Assembly (NCBI GenBank): GCA_051648825.1 | Contig: JBOFFX010000018.1 | Location: forward strand, 26,317-90,316 | Reading direction: 5' to 3' | Length of the DNA: 64,000 bases | Origin: Spirochaetia bacterium | Lineage (GTDB): Bacteria; Spirochaetota; Spirochaetia; WRBN01 | Shown: piece after piece, positions 9,398 through 19,058 of the stretch | Layout: every line of letters starts with the position of its first letter | Position numbering within the stretch: position 1 is the stretch's first letter | Position numbers and translations under genes: made by a program | Notes under the pieces: generated by a model | The model's database searches: none | What the model was told of the DNA's origin: nothing | What the model saw: only the letters and a program-made list of their open reading frames with translations

Positions 9398-10342
9398 TTA
9401 GGGTGCTTGTGCCTGTGTTTCTGATAAAAATATAGCCTGTATTTCTTTTAAGACCTCATGTCCAGCCAAAATTCCATACGACTTATTCCATGTATTGCTA
9501 TCCACCTCATAGAGCTCAATACCCCGGTGATCTAAGCTCCTAAAAAGCAGGCTATCCATATATTTTCCCAAATTTTCATAAGCAGCACTCGAGTTGTCTG
9601 AAGAAAAAATAAAATAAAATGCTTGCTGTGCATTCATATCGGGGATCAACTCCTGACTGACTTCGTAGTTAAATTCTTGCGTATCATGATTGGCGGGCCG
9701 ATTAAATCCCAACTCTTTAATAATAGATGCAGCAAATCCTGCATTGCCATAATAGCGTACAGATTTTGGTGAAAATCGATAAATCGCTGTTGTTTTGTCT
9801 AAAATTCCTGCTTTTTTTAGAGCTTTGCTTAATGTTGCAATTTGATTGTCCCAATTCTGCATCACTTGATTTGCTTGACCTTCTCGATTGACGGCCTGGG
9901 CCACTGTATAAAAATTTTTCTTCCATTCTCCATAAAAATTTTCCTTGAAAACTGTGGGTGCAATTTGAGAAAGAATGGGGTAAATATTTTCCTGACGAGC
10001 TTTGATTCCAATAATGAGATCTGGTTTTAATGTGGCAATTTTTTCCAAGTCTACCTGCCGCTCATCGCCAATAATTTCTACGCCCCGCATTGCCTTCATG
10101 ATATGCGGATACCAACTCATATCTGGAGTATAGGAAGCTACTGCGGCAATGGGTGTGATGCCCAATGCCAACAATGCCTCTGTTGCCTCCCCCGTCAATG
10201 CCACAACCCTTTGTGGTGATTCTGAGATGGTGGTTTCACCCATCACATGCGCAACAACACGTGTATATCCCATTGTTGCATTGCGAGAATTCTGCGCACA
10301 AGATAATATAAACAATGCCAATAAAAAAGAAATCAAACGCAT
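9398..10342 (-). CDS. periplasmic substrate-binding lipoprotein, siderophore/heme/B12 class (Peripla_BP_2-like)
   Basis: 314 aa with lipobox LFILSC. It has blocks typical of iron-chelate binding proteins (PQRVVAL, LKPDLII) and abuts the permease gene with no gap. Confidence 0.8.
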   Translation of the reverse strand: MRLISFLLALFILSCAQNSRNATMGYTRVVAHVMGETTISESPQRVVALTGEATEALLALGITPIAAVASYTPDMSWYPHIMKAMRGVEIIGDERQVDLEKIATLKPDLIIGIKARQENIYPILSQIAPTVFKENFYGEWKKNFYTVAQAVNREGQANQVMQNWDNQIATLSKALKKAGILDKTTAIYRFSPKSVRYYGNAGFAASIIKELGFNRPANHDTQEFNYEVSQELIPDMNAQQAFYFIFSSDNSSAAYENLGKYMDSLLFRSLDHRGIELYEVDSNTWNKSYGILAGHEVLKEIQAIFLSETQAQAP

Positions 10343-10367
10343 TAAGTACCTCTCCTTATATTTTTTA

Positions 10368-12497
10368 TTAAAAATTCAACATAAACCCTATGACAAAGTT
10401 GACCCCCTGCTGATCGGTGTCTCCATCAAAATCTGAGTCATATTTGGCATTGAGCAAATTCTTTGCCTCAAAAAACAGCGTGCTTTCAACAGGCGTTTTG
10501 GCACTAGGATCCACTTGTATTTTTTGTGCAATCCGTATATCAAATGTCGTTTGTGGACCACTCCTTTTTTGGGTATACACATCGATTGTGGTATTGTAGT
10601 CATAGTGATAGGCATTATGAAAATAGTAGCCTGAAAACTTGACTGATGTACCCCAGTCTGCCCTACTCCAGCTCAAAGAACCCGTGAGAATAATGGGTGG
10701 GCGATCTTGTAAGTGGGGATTATTGATAAATCTTCCACTCTCATCTACATAGTTACCAGTGATACTTGTTCTGATTTCTCTAGCATTCACCCAGTCAAAA
10801 TTGAGACTAGGGGTCAATGTCCCAAAATGGTCAATATCAAAGGACCCTGCAATTATTGCACTGACTCCCCAAGTATAAGCACGCCCAATATTAAAGGGGC
10901 GTCGCATAGGTAATCCATCAAAAATTTCGCCTGTCTCTCGAAATGCAATCATCCCCCATAAATCATTGCGATAAAGGCTAGCACTCAAAAATAATGCAGG
11001 AATAGGAATATACTCTATTGTCCCGCTATATCCCCATGAGCTTTCTGGTCCCAAGTTGGGGTTTCCACCAATGGAATATCCTGAACTTGTGACTGCGCGG
11101 TCTTTGCGAAATGTGCGCTCCAGATCAGGGGCCTTAAAGGCATGTCCCACATGTGCCTTGATTGCTACAGTTTTGATAGGCTTGACCACGATGCCTAGTT
11201 CTGGAGAAAACGAATGAAGATCTTTTGCCTTCTCCATATTGCCACCATAACCCGTCCCTTCTGTTGCATGCCTGATATTGTATTGGTACCTGGCGCCCAG
11301 GGTCACATCCACATCTACCCCCAAACCCCGCAGAGCATAGTCTCCACCAAAAAACAATGCATTATTAAGCTGGTTAAAATGTTTGTTGTCTATAGGATTT
11401 TCTTCGGCTTGAGATCGTCTTTGGTACTCAAAGGCAAAGCCCCCTTTGAAAGTGAAATTATCATTAATGCCATAGATTGTCATCAATTCTGTATTGTTAG
11501 AGATAAATCGCTCTTTATCAAAATCTCCTGGAGCACGACTAAACATACGATCATTTTCTTCATAATTGATACCAGTACTTGCTATGATATCTAAATTATC
11601 TAGAGGGAACACTCTATAAACAATATTTCCAGCTGTATTCCAAGAGGGGTGAAAAAGTGTACTAATGCCTTCATACATCTTCTCCTCATCCATAAATGGA
11701 GACATTCTATTGTCATAGGTAAGATTCACAGCAATCTCATGAATATCTGCAAACTCTATCTTTGTGCCACCATACACATTGAAATTGCCATGATCGCGCC
11801 GCTCATTCATCACAATAGCTCCAGCTTTTATGGCATAATCAGACACCCAATGATATCCATAATCAAAAGATCCTCCCGTATAAAAACTCGCAGATCCTGT
11901 ACCATATGAAAAATCCAAAAAGGGTCGCACTCGATAGTTATTTGGAGATGCTTCAAAGTCATGAGAATAGGTGATACCCGTACTTCCCCTAAACCCCTTT
12001 TCTTTAGCCCCTCGCTTTGTTTGGATATAAATCACCCCTGCCACCGCATCAGCACCCCAAAGATAGGAACTGGGTCCTTTCACAATTTCTATGCGCTCAA
12101 TAGAAGAAATGGGCAAATTTCTTAAGGAAACAGATCCATTCATCACACGTTGGCCATCAATAATCACCAGCATATAATCGATACTGAGTCCCCGCAAATA
12201 AATCGCAGCACCTTTTTCTGTAGACGTTGTATCTAATGCAGCAATTCCTGCAGAACGCAACACCTCTGCAACACTGCTAGCACCAGTTGCTGCCAAATCT
12301 TTTTCATTAATCACAACCACGTCTGCCGCTGTATCAGAAATCCGCTTTGGTGATTTTGTTGCCACTACCTGTAACTCAGCTTTTGTCTCTCCAGCTTCTC
12401 CTGTCTCGAGTATTTCTTCTTCAGATTCTGCACTTTGAGCAACCAACGTATGTACCCAGCAGAAATTTAAAGCTATAAATAATAATAAAAATCTCAT
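10368..12497 (-). CDS. TonB-dependent outer-membrane receptor
   Basis: An ATG at 12497 preceded by GGAGGG gives the signal peptide MRFLLLFIALNFCWVHTLVAQ. Plug-domain blocks are present (IERIEIVKGPSS, GVIYIQTKRG), followed by a long beta-barrel ending in a terminal Phe (FMLNF). Confidence 0.9.
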   Translation of the reverse strand: MRFLLLFIALNFCWVHTLVAQSAESEEEILETGEAGETKAELQVVATKSPKRISDTAADVVVINEKDLAATGASSVAEVLRSAGIAALDTTSTEKGAAIYLRGLSIDYMLVIIDGQRVMNGSVSLRNLPISSIERIEIVKGPSSYLWGADAVAGVIYIQTKRGAKEKGFRGSTGITYSHDFEASPNNYRVRPFLDFSYGTGSASFYTGGSFDYGYHWVSDYAIKAGAIVMNERRDHGNFNVYGGTKIEFADIHEIAVNLTYDNRMSPFMDEEKMYEGISTLFHPSWNTAGNIVYRVFPLDNLDIIASTGINYEENDRMFSRAPGDFDKERFISNNTELMTIYGINDNFTFKGGFAFEYQRRSQAEENPIDNKHFNQLNNALFFGGDYALRGLGVDVDVTLGARYQYNIRHATEGTGYGGNMEKAKDLHSFSPELGIVVKPIKTVAIKAHVGHAFKAPDLERTFRKDRAVTSSGYSIGGNPNLGPESSWGYSGTIEYIPIPALFLSASLYRNDLWGMIAFRETGEIFDGLPMRRPFNIGRAYTWGVSAIIAGSFDIDHFGTLTPSLNFDWVNAREIRTSITGNYVDESGRFINNPHLQDRPPIILTGSLSWSRADWGTSVKFSGYYFHNAYHYDYNTTIDVYTQKRSGPQTTFDIRIAQKIQVDPSAKTPVESTLFFEAKNLLNAKYDSDFDGDTDQQGVNFVIGFMLNF

Positions 12498-12534
12498 GCC
12501 CCCTCCTTTGTTTATAAAAAGATTGTGATTTTGT

Positions 12535-13167
12535 TTATTCATCAAGGCGATAGTCAATGACAACTTGCATATCTAATTGATTTTTTTTTGATTCAAAAGG
12601 CGGAAAGGGTGCAGATTTTTTCACTGTATCTATGGCTGCTTGGTTCAACAAAGTATAGAGGCTTTCGTCTTTAATATGGATGTTTGCCACACTGCCATCT
12701 GGGTAAATTGTAAAAGCGACAAGCACCCTGCCTTCTCTTTCACGCCGCCGTTCTGACTCTGGGTAATATTTATTCGCAGAAAGCTGCGCTATGACTTGCC
12801 CTATATATGTTTTTCGAAATTCGACACTGAAACCTATGGTTTGTGGTGCATCAAGGGCTTCTTTGTGGCTTTTTTCTTTGGTCTCCTGTGCGATTGTGGG
12901 GGCCGCTTTGTGTTCTATTTTTTTCTTGATTAATTCAATGACATCATCATCTGCAATGAAAACGGGGTATTCCTTGAGTGTAAACTCAAGAAATTGTTGC
13001 TGTATTTTTTGAGTTTCAGAGAGAGGAAGATTCGCACTGCTGGATGGCAGAAACATTGTTTTAAGAAATAAAAAAGATATGAAGAGCAAATGCAACAATA
13101 GTACAATGAGGATCGCATACAAGACTTGTTGCCGGCTATTGAGTGAGGGCGTGACTAATGGCGACAT
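12535..13167 (-). CDS. tonB: TonB energy transducer
   Basis: ATG at 13167 with AGGAG 6 nt upstream; the ORF-track start at 13182 is a TTG. It has an N-terminal TM helix and a C-terminal TonB domain (YPESERRREREGRVLVAFTIYPDGSV ... AAIDTVKKSAPFPPF). Confidence 0.85.
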   Translation of the reverse strand: MSPLVTPSLNSRQQVLYAILIVLLLHLLFISFLFLKTMFLPSSSANLPLSETQKIQQQFLEFTLKEYPVFIADDDVIELIKKKIEHKAAPTIAQETKEKSHKEALDAPQTIGFSVEFRKTYIGQVIAQLSANKYYPESERRREREGRVLVAFTIYPDGSVANIHIKDESLYTLLNQAAIDTVKKSAPFPPFESKKNQLDMQVVIDYRLDE

Positions 13168-13537
13168 TTTTAACTCCTGCAAGTTTTAGGGCATCAATCA
13201 CTTTGACAACATTCTTAAAAACAACCGATTGATCACAAAAAAACATGACGACTAGGTCTGGATTTTGGGCCACTTCATCTGCAATTTTTTGTTGCATTTG
13301 ATCAATCGCCAATAAATCTTTGTTCAGAAAAAGGGAAAGATCTTTATCTAGATAAACACTCATTTTGTCATTTTTATTTTTTTCTGTAGATGCAGCAACG
13401 GGGAGTTTAATCTTAATAGAAGGCTTAATAAAGCTTGCGCTGACCATAAAAAATACTAATAAGATAAAAATAATATCAATAAGGGGTGTGATATTAATTT
13501 CTGTATGTGTATTCGTTGGTGGTTTAAACTGTTTCAC
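13136..13537 (-). CDS. exbD: ExbD/TolR biopolymer transport protein
   Basis: The conserved core is EINITPLIDIIFILLVFFMV. The long ORF-track start (13630) would overlap exbB by 107 nt. An in-frame GTG at 13537 gives the usual short N-terminus (KQFKPPTNTHTEINITPLID). The start is uncertain. Confidence 0.8.
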   Translation of the reverse strand: MKQFKPPTNTHTEINITPLIDIIFILLVFFMVSASFIKPSIKIKLPVAASTEKNKNDKMSVYLDKDLSLFLNKDLLAIDQMQQKIADEVAQNPDLVVMFFCDQSVVFKNVVKVIDALKLAGVKNVAISHALTQ

Positions 13538-14246
13538 AAATTTCGCCTTGATGTGTTGTATCTGTACTATACTGCGACAAGTGGGGCTTTTTTTGTACAC
13601 CAGCCTGTGTGCTATAAAGAAAGTACTCATGAAGAATGGACACTACTTGTGTCATTTCATTACTACGTTGCTCAACAACTTTTTCAAAAAATCTATAAAA
13701 ACAAAAAGCAGGTATTGCGACAATCAACCCTGCAGCCGTAGTAATCATGGCTTCCCAAATCCCTGCAGCAAAAGCTGTCACATCAGCCTCTGCGCCCAAA
13801 CTGGCCATCATTTGGAATGAGGCAATGAGCCCCAATACGGTGCCTAATAAGCCCAACAGGGGTGCAATATGCCCAATTTGAGATAATAACCAAGTGCGTT
13901 TTTGCATTTCTTGCATCAAAACCAACCCTTGGCGATCTAATTTTTCATCAAAAACATCATCTTTGAGCGATTTGCACTCTAGATAGACTTTCAAAATACG
14001 TATCAACTGAGAATTTTTATACTTTGACAAAAATGGATGGCTCAAAATATTTAGTGGAGCTTTTTCTCTAAGTGCATCTTCGATCACCACAAATATGCGA
14101 CCAAACATTGTACGGGTGAGAAAAAAATAGAGCCCTCTCTCCACTACAATTACACACATCATCCAGTACAAAACAAATAGCACCCATCCAACTGGACCAC
14201 CCAAATGAACTAATTCCAAAATCTGATTGACTTTATTCATGGGCAT
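13524..14246 (-). CDS. exbB: ExbB/TolQ/MotA-family proton channel
   Basis: 240 aa with three TM segments and the PLLGLLGTVLGLIASF block typical of ExbB/TolQ. It is the first gene of the Ton-linked operon. Confidence 0.85.
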   Translation of the reverse strand: MPMNKVNQILELVHLGGPVGWVLFVLYWMMCVIVVERGLYFFLTRTMFGRIFVVIEDALREKAPLNILSHPFLSKYKNSQLIRILKVYLECKSLKDDVFDEKLDRQGLVLMQEMQKRTWLLSQIGHIAPLLGLLGTVLGLIASFQMMASLGAEADVTAFAAGIWEAMITTAAGLIVAIPAFCFYRFFEKVVEQRSNEMTQVVSILHEYFLYSTQAGVQKKPHLSQYSTDTTHQGEICETV

Positions 14247-14507
14247 GACTATAGCATAGACACTTTTTTTATGGAATAATTTTTACAAAAAAAGTGTTAA
14301 AAAGTGCCAATTTTATGTCCATGGTTAATTCAAGAAGGCCCGAGCAGGGGCCAATAAATCAAGATACAACCATGTGGGGCCTTGGGCAACAGCTTTGAGA
14401 AAAAATGTGCATGACTGAGAATTTCTAGGCAATGCAACTTGCCTTAACGCAGACTTCTCGCTGTATTTTAGCAAGAAATTGGGGGGGTGATGGATTGTGA
14501 AAAACAA

Positions 14508-14889
14508 TGGAGGTGGCGGGAATTGAACCCGCGTCCTGAAGGCCGACAATTAACCCTCTACAGGCTTAGTCACTCTGTTGAATTTCAATCATGGTGAGGA
14601 AGAGCAACCACCTGCCATCATCTACTTTTGGTAATTTTTCATCAGCAATACCCAAACATATCACCAACTAAGTCTTGATTGTCTGTCAAGATACGCACCC
14701 TCCCAGACCTAAGCATACGCATCCCGCTAGTTACTTAAAATTAAGCAGCTAGAGCCAAATCGGAAGCGAACTCGAAGCTCACCTCGTCTCTATTCTTGGC
14801 ATTTAAATTTTTGCGTGGTTTTAAGAGTCGCGCGCTCTGCCTGCCAGCTAATCCTCGAAGATCCCCCAGTCGAAACCAAAAACACCCCC
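14508..14889 (-). ncRNA. ssrA: tmRNA (transfer-messenger RNA)
   Basis: The 5' end GGGGGUGUUUUUGGUUUCGACUGGGG pairs with the 3' end CACCUCC-A, including a G3:U pair. A T-arm GGACGCGGGUUCAAUUCCCGCC is present, and CCA is not encoded. The internal tag frame GCC..UAA (14744-14800) encodes AKNRDEVSFEFASDLALAA. Confidence 0.95.
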
Positions 14890-14906
14890 CATTAGACACA
14901 TAGCAC

Positions 14907-14935
14907 AGCATAGTGTGTTGGCTCAATCTTGTCAA
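14907..14935 (-). promoter_or_regulatory. putative sigma70-type promoter of ssrA
   Basis: On the minus strand: TTGACA (14930-14935), a 17-nt spacer, then TATGCT (14907-14912), ending 17 nt upstream of the mature tmRNA 5' end. Confidence 0.5.
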
Positions 14936-14952
14936 TCATAAGCACATTCTGG

Positions 14953-17796
14953 CTATGGGCCTATTTTGCGCACTCCCACACCCGTCAATATACTTTTCCC
15001 CCCAGATCTCGGACACACAATAATTTGTGTGTTAATAATATCGTGCAATGAAGCCACATGCGAAATTATGCCGATTGTTTTTCCCTCTTGGTGCATAAAT
15101 GACAATGCATCAAGTGTTGACTGCAGAGTTTCTTCATCTAGCGTACCAAACCCCTCGTCCAGGAACAATGTATCAACTTGCACCTGATCACTACTCATCG
15201 AAGCAAGCCCCAATGCCAATGCCATGCTAATTAAAAAAGTTTCTCCACCAGAGAGATTGCTCACCGGCCTCACTTCATTTGCCTGATACTGATCAATCAC
15301 ACTGAGTTCCAAAGATGCGCTTGATTGCTGATCTTTTGACTCAACAATCACGCGGCACAAAAGATATCGATCGCTGATTTTTTTTAGTTGTTCATTCGCA
15401 TGGCCAATCACCTGATCAAAGGTTAAAGATTGTGCAAATTCGCGATATTTTTTCCCATCGCTAGAGCCAATAAGGCTATTGAGTTTGTCCCACCGTGCAC
15501 ATTCTTTTTCTTGCAATTGAATCTGTTTGTACAAATCACCTAGTCCTGATTTATTCTCATTATTTTTTTCTAATTTCAACTTGATAGACTGAATTTCTTC
15601 TTGTAAACGCATCAGGGTTTGTTCTGCCTGTGCTATCTCCTCTTTGAGGATTTTCACATCTTTTTCACAAGATTTTTCTTTTTTTTTCTGGGTATATTGT
15701 TCTTCAAATGTGGTTATTTTTGTTTGCAAAGCCAGCTTCCTGCCATGAAGATCTTTTGATTTTATTTCGACTTGTACTCTTTCTGCGGCATCCATTCGGC
15801 TCATCAAAAATTCTCCCTCATCTGCAAATTTCTGACCTTTTAATGCCTGTAAAAACTCCTCGGTCTTTTCCTGTATTTTACCCCTGTATGCCTCACACTG
15901 TACTGTGAACATCTCAATTTCAGTATTAAGCCGTAGGCTAAGATTCTTTTTTTCTTGATAGGCATGATCGCAGGTTTTTTCTTGTTTTTCCAAACTCTTT
16001 AGATTGGCCATCAGTGCATCTTCTTGTTGCTGGGGGTCATCTTGCCCATAGCGACCTTCACGTTCCCTTTTTGTCTCATCATAGATTTTTTGTAAATCCT
16101 CTAGAGCTTTGGTTTTTTGCTGCAATGTATCACTTTCTGTTTTCAGCTGTTTTTGCAACTCCTCTTCTTTTGCACGGTATGTATTTGTTTTTGACTCAAA
16201 TTCTGTATTAGTTTTACTGTGATATGCCCATTTTTCTTGACGAATTTCCAGCTCTTTTACATTCAGGTGGCCACTTCCAAATTTAGCATACAAATTGTTG
16301 ATCTCTTCTTCATATTTAAATATGGCATCCTTCATAGTTGCTGGGGGGTTTAAAAAACCTCTCTCACCACTGGTCTTTTTAGCAATAGGGTGATCACAGG
16401 ATCCACAAACGGGGCAAGGTTGTCCCTCTCGCAAATCCTGACGAAAATTTTGGAGCACAGCATTTGCCTCTTGCTTTAATGTTTGTAAAGCTGCAATTTT
16501 TGCCTTGAGCAGTGGCAATTGACTCTCTAATTTTGCATCATGTGCATACTGTTTCAAATACTGTATACTTGTTCTTACCTGTGATTGTGCACTTTCTTGC
16601 TTGGATTTTAAATCATTGCAATCAGATTGAATTTGTTGCACCTTCTGGCTGAGCGTATTTTTTTCTTCCATGGTAGTATCGAGTTTCTGTGCCTGCAGCC
16701 GTATAGCATTGTCTGTCTCACGCATCTGAACAAACAACGCCCTTTGTTGACCTTCACTATTTTTTGCAGCCTCATACTGCTTCTCTGCATTGTGCAAATT
16801 TTCTTTGAGTATAGGCAGTTCTTTATTAATTTCACTCGCTTTTTCATGTGCTTGCTTTTTTGATTCTTGCGCCTGTTTTTCATCATTACGCAATGTCTCT
16901 AGCACGGCATAAATGGGTTCAACTTTGCTGGCCATTTCTGCACGTTGCCATTGATTTTCCTTGGGTGCAAATGCGTTTTTTTCTTCTTCCAATTCCCTCA
17001 GTTTTTTAGTATGGCCTTGAATTTCTATTTCTAAAGCATGCAGTGATTCATGCCATTTTATTAATGATTCGTGCTCTTTTTGTTCTTGGCTTTGCTGTTG
17101 AAATTCTGCTTCTATACTCTTTAATTTTTTATAATAACTGGCTTCTTCTTCCTCTGGCAGTATGTATAAGTCTTTTTCTTTTTCACACAATGCGACTTTT
17201 TCTGTTTGCTCTTTTTTGCTGCGTGCAAAAATCCTTGCAGAAATCTGTGCATAAACCTCTGTGCCTGTGATTTTTTCTAATATTGCTGCCTTCTCGGCAT
17301 CATTTGCATGCAAGAATTTATCAAATTCCCCTTGTGCCAGCAATACAGATCTGGTAAATCTTTCAAAGTCCATCCCCACCTTTTCAGTCACAACCTTTAG
17401 TGTTTCTTTGAGGCCACTTGTCAAAAGTGTCTCTTGTGGAAAAAGTGAAATTTCATGCTTGGCGGGCTGTAGCGATCCTTGTGGGCTTTTTCGTGCACGT
17501 TGCTGGCTCCAACAAGACAAAAATTGCTGGCCACCTGCTTCAAACAAAAGTTTGGCATAACACTCGCCTGTATCTCGCGATATGACTTCATTTATGCTTT
17601 GATTCAGTGTCTTTTGCCTGGGTGTTCTTTGGTACAGGGCCAAACAAACGGCATCTAAAATTGTACTTTTTCCAGATCCCGTGGGACCCGTCATTGCAAA
17701 AATCCCACTAGATATATAGGCTGGATGTGTGAAGTCGATCTCCCATTCTCCATACAAAGAATTTAGATTTTTAAATTGTAATTTCAAGATTTTCAT
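14953..17796 (-). CDS. sbcC: SbcC/Rad50-like exonuclease ATPase subunit
   Basis: 947 aa with Walker A GPTGSGKST and a very long coiled-coil carrying the central zinc hook CPVCGS. The C-terminal signature is LSGGETF and the Walker B is LFLDEGFGTLD. Confidence 0.92.
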   Translation of the reverse strand: MKILKLQFKNLNSLYGEWEIDFTHPAYISSGIFAMTGPTGSGKSTILDAVCLALYQRTPRQKTLNQSINEVISRDTGECYAKLLFEAGGQQFLSCWSQQRARKSPQGSLQPAKHEISLFPQETLLTSGLKETLKVVTEKVGMDFERFTRSVLLAQGEFDKFLHANDAEKAAILEKITGTEVYAQISARIFARSKKEQTEKVALCEKEKDLYILPEEEEASYYKKLKSIEAEFQQQSQEQKEHESLIKWHESLHALEIEIQGHTKKLRELEEEKNAFAPKENQWQRAEMASKVEPIYAVLETLRNDEKQAQESKKQAHEKASEINKELPILKENLHNAEKQYEAAKNSEGQQRALFVQMRETDNAIRLQAQKLDTTMEEKNTLSQKVQQIQSDCNDLKSKQESAQSQVRTSIQYLKQYAHDAKLESQLPLLKAKIAALQTLKQEANAVLQNFRQDLREGQPCPVCGSCDHPIAKKTSGERGFLNPPATMKDAIFKYEEEINNLYAKFGSGHLNVKELEIRQEKWAYHSKTNTEFESKTNTYRAKEEELQKQLKTESDTLQQKTKALEDLQKIYDETKREREGRYGQDDPQQQEDALMANLKSLEKQEKTCDHAYQEKKNLSLRLNTEIEMFTVQCEAYRGKIQEKTEEFLQALKGQKFADEGEFLMSRMDAAERVQVEIKSKDLHGRKLALQTKITTFEEQYTQKKKEKSCEKDVKILKEEIAQAEQTLMRLQEEIQSIKLKLEKNNENKSGLGDLYKQIQLQEKECARWDKLNSLIGSSDGKKYREFAQSLTFDQVIGHANEQLKKISDRYLLCRVIVESKDQQSSASLELSVIDQYQANEVRPVSNLSGGETFLISMALALGLASMSSDQVQVDTLFLDEGFGTLDEETLQSTLDALSFMHQEGKTIGIISHVASLHDIINTQIIVCPRSGGKSILTGVGVRKIGP

Positions 17797-19049
17797 TAGG
17801 GGCTAACCTCATCCTCATTGGGATCAATTTCTGCCAATTCACAAAGAACTTGCTCATACAAAAAGAGTAAATCCTCTCTTTCTTCTTGCGAAATATGGCT
17901 TGTTGTGGCCTGTGCCAAGCGTCGCAAAAAAACCTCTCTGGGATCTAGGTTTTGTAAAGGCTCGATACTGACGGCTTGTGGCAATCCCCCCTCTTCCTTC
18001 TTTCTGTTTCGTAAGACCTTGAGTTGGCTGCCAGCAATGCTCTGTGCGATCTTTTCATTCAGATTTGCTGCAGTACCGAGCTCTATCGATTCAAGATCTA
18101 ACCATGCCACACTATTGGCCTTTTTCAGTGCAGCGATATCTTCTAGCACCTGATCCAAACGACCAGAAATACGCACCAATGGCTGAAAGCATGGAATCTC
18201 TTTTGTGTGAATTTGTGGAACCTTTCCTTCAAACTCTACAATGATGACCCGTTTTGTTTGATTAGCCTCGCCAAAACTCATAGGAATGGGTGACCCACTA
18301 TAGCGAATATGCGATTGATCATTGACGCATTGTGCACTATGCAAATGCCCCAACGCCACATAGTTGGCACAAGCAGGAAAAGTCTCACTGCCCACTTGCC
18401 CTAAGTTTCCTACATACAAATCACGCACTCCATCATCTACTGAGAGCTGCCCACCTGCAGCAAATAGGTGCCCCATCATAATGATGGGAATGGGCGAATA
18501 CCCTTGTTGTTGATAGGATTTTTCCAGAGATACTGCGAAATCTCCCACCTGCTTATAGTGATTTTTCAGACCCATCAAGATCTTGGTGTTTTTTTCTTCC
18601 ATACTCTCGCCCATCTCTACTGTACGCAAGTCTTTTTCTCGCAAATAGGGAACGGCACATACAATTGCCTGTGGGGTGCTGTCTTTTTTCAACACAATAA
18701 CTTCATCCTTGAGATCGTCAGGGGGGGTGCCCACCACATGTATATTCATTGATCTCAACAGTGGCTTAGTCATATCCAACAAAGAGGGCGAATCATGGTT
18801 GCCAGAAGTGATCACGATATGATCACAAATTTTAGCTGCATCAGAGAGAAATCGATAATACATTTCTTGAAATGTGCTACTGGGCGTGGTCGTATCAAAA
18901 ATATCCCCTGCAACAATAAGCATATTGATTTGTTCTTCTTTCAGCACGTTGCGCAACCAATCTAAAAATTGTGCAAATTCTGTATGGCGTTGCTTGCGAT
19001 ATAAGACGCGGCCCAAATGCCAATCCGCTGTATGCAATATTTTTATCAC
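17796..19049 (-). CDS. sbcD: SbcD/Mre11-like nuclease subunit
   Basis: 417 aa with calcineurin-like phosphoesterase motifs (HTADWHLG, AGDIFD, GNHDS, GHLH). Its stop overlaps the sbcC start. Confidence 0.92.
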   Translation of the reverse strand: MIKILHTADWHLGRVLYRKQRHTEFAQFLDWLRNVLKEEQINMLIVAGDIFDTTTPSSTFQEMYYRFLSDAAKICDHIVITSGNHDSPSLLDMTKPLLRSMNIHVVGTPPDDLKDEVIVLKKDSTPQAIVCAVPYLREKDLRTVEMGESMEEKNTKILMGLKNHYKQVGDFAVSLEKSYQQQGYSPIPIIMMGHLFAAGGQLSVDDGVRDLYVGNLGQVGSETFPACANYVALGHLHSAQCVNDQSHIRYSGSPIPMSFGEANQTKRVIIVEFEGKVPQIHTKEIPCFQPLVRISGRLDQVLEDIAALKKANSVAWLDLESIELGTAANLNEKIAQSIAGSQLKVLRNRKKEEGGLPQAVSIEPLQNLDPREVFLRRLAQATTSHISQEEREDLLFLYEQVLCELAEIDPNEDEVSP

Positions 19050-19058
19050 TAAAAAACC

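Noticed and set aside
13538-13630. The long form of exbD starting at the ATG at 13630.
   Set aside because: It would overlap the exbB 3' end by 107 nt, has no RBS, and adds a non-conserved N-terminal extension. The GTG at 13537 gives the standard ExbD N-terminus. The choice remains uncertain.
13136-14246. ExbB/ExbD as a possible MotAB-like module of a defence system (Zorya-type).
   Set aside because: They are followed directly by a bona fide TonB, a TonB-dependent receptor and an ABC importer, with no large ZorC/D-like genes. This is an ordinary Ton system.
14247-14507. Possible cobalamin riboswitch or Fur box in the 260-nt leader between ssrA and exbB.
   Set aside because: Reading the minus strand, I found no B12-box-like element or GATAATGATAATCATTATC-like 19-mer, only short GC hairpins that more likely terminate ssrA. 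This needs an Rfam or matrix scan to be sure.
14325-14935. ORFs 14325..14549 and 14741..14935 on the minus strand.
   Set aside because: Both overlap the tmRNA gene. The second merely extends the tmRNA tag reading frame upstream through structured RNA. They are not independent CDSs.
14953-19049. SbcC/SbcD as a possible SMC-nuclease defence module (Wadjet- or Lamassu-like).
   Set aside because: This is the canonical two-gene sbcDC with an Mre11 phosphoesterase, a Rad50 zinc hook and overlapping stop/start. There are no extra kleisin, KITE or effector genes and no island context.
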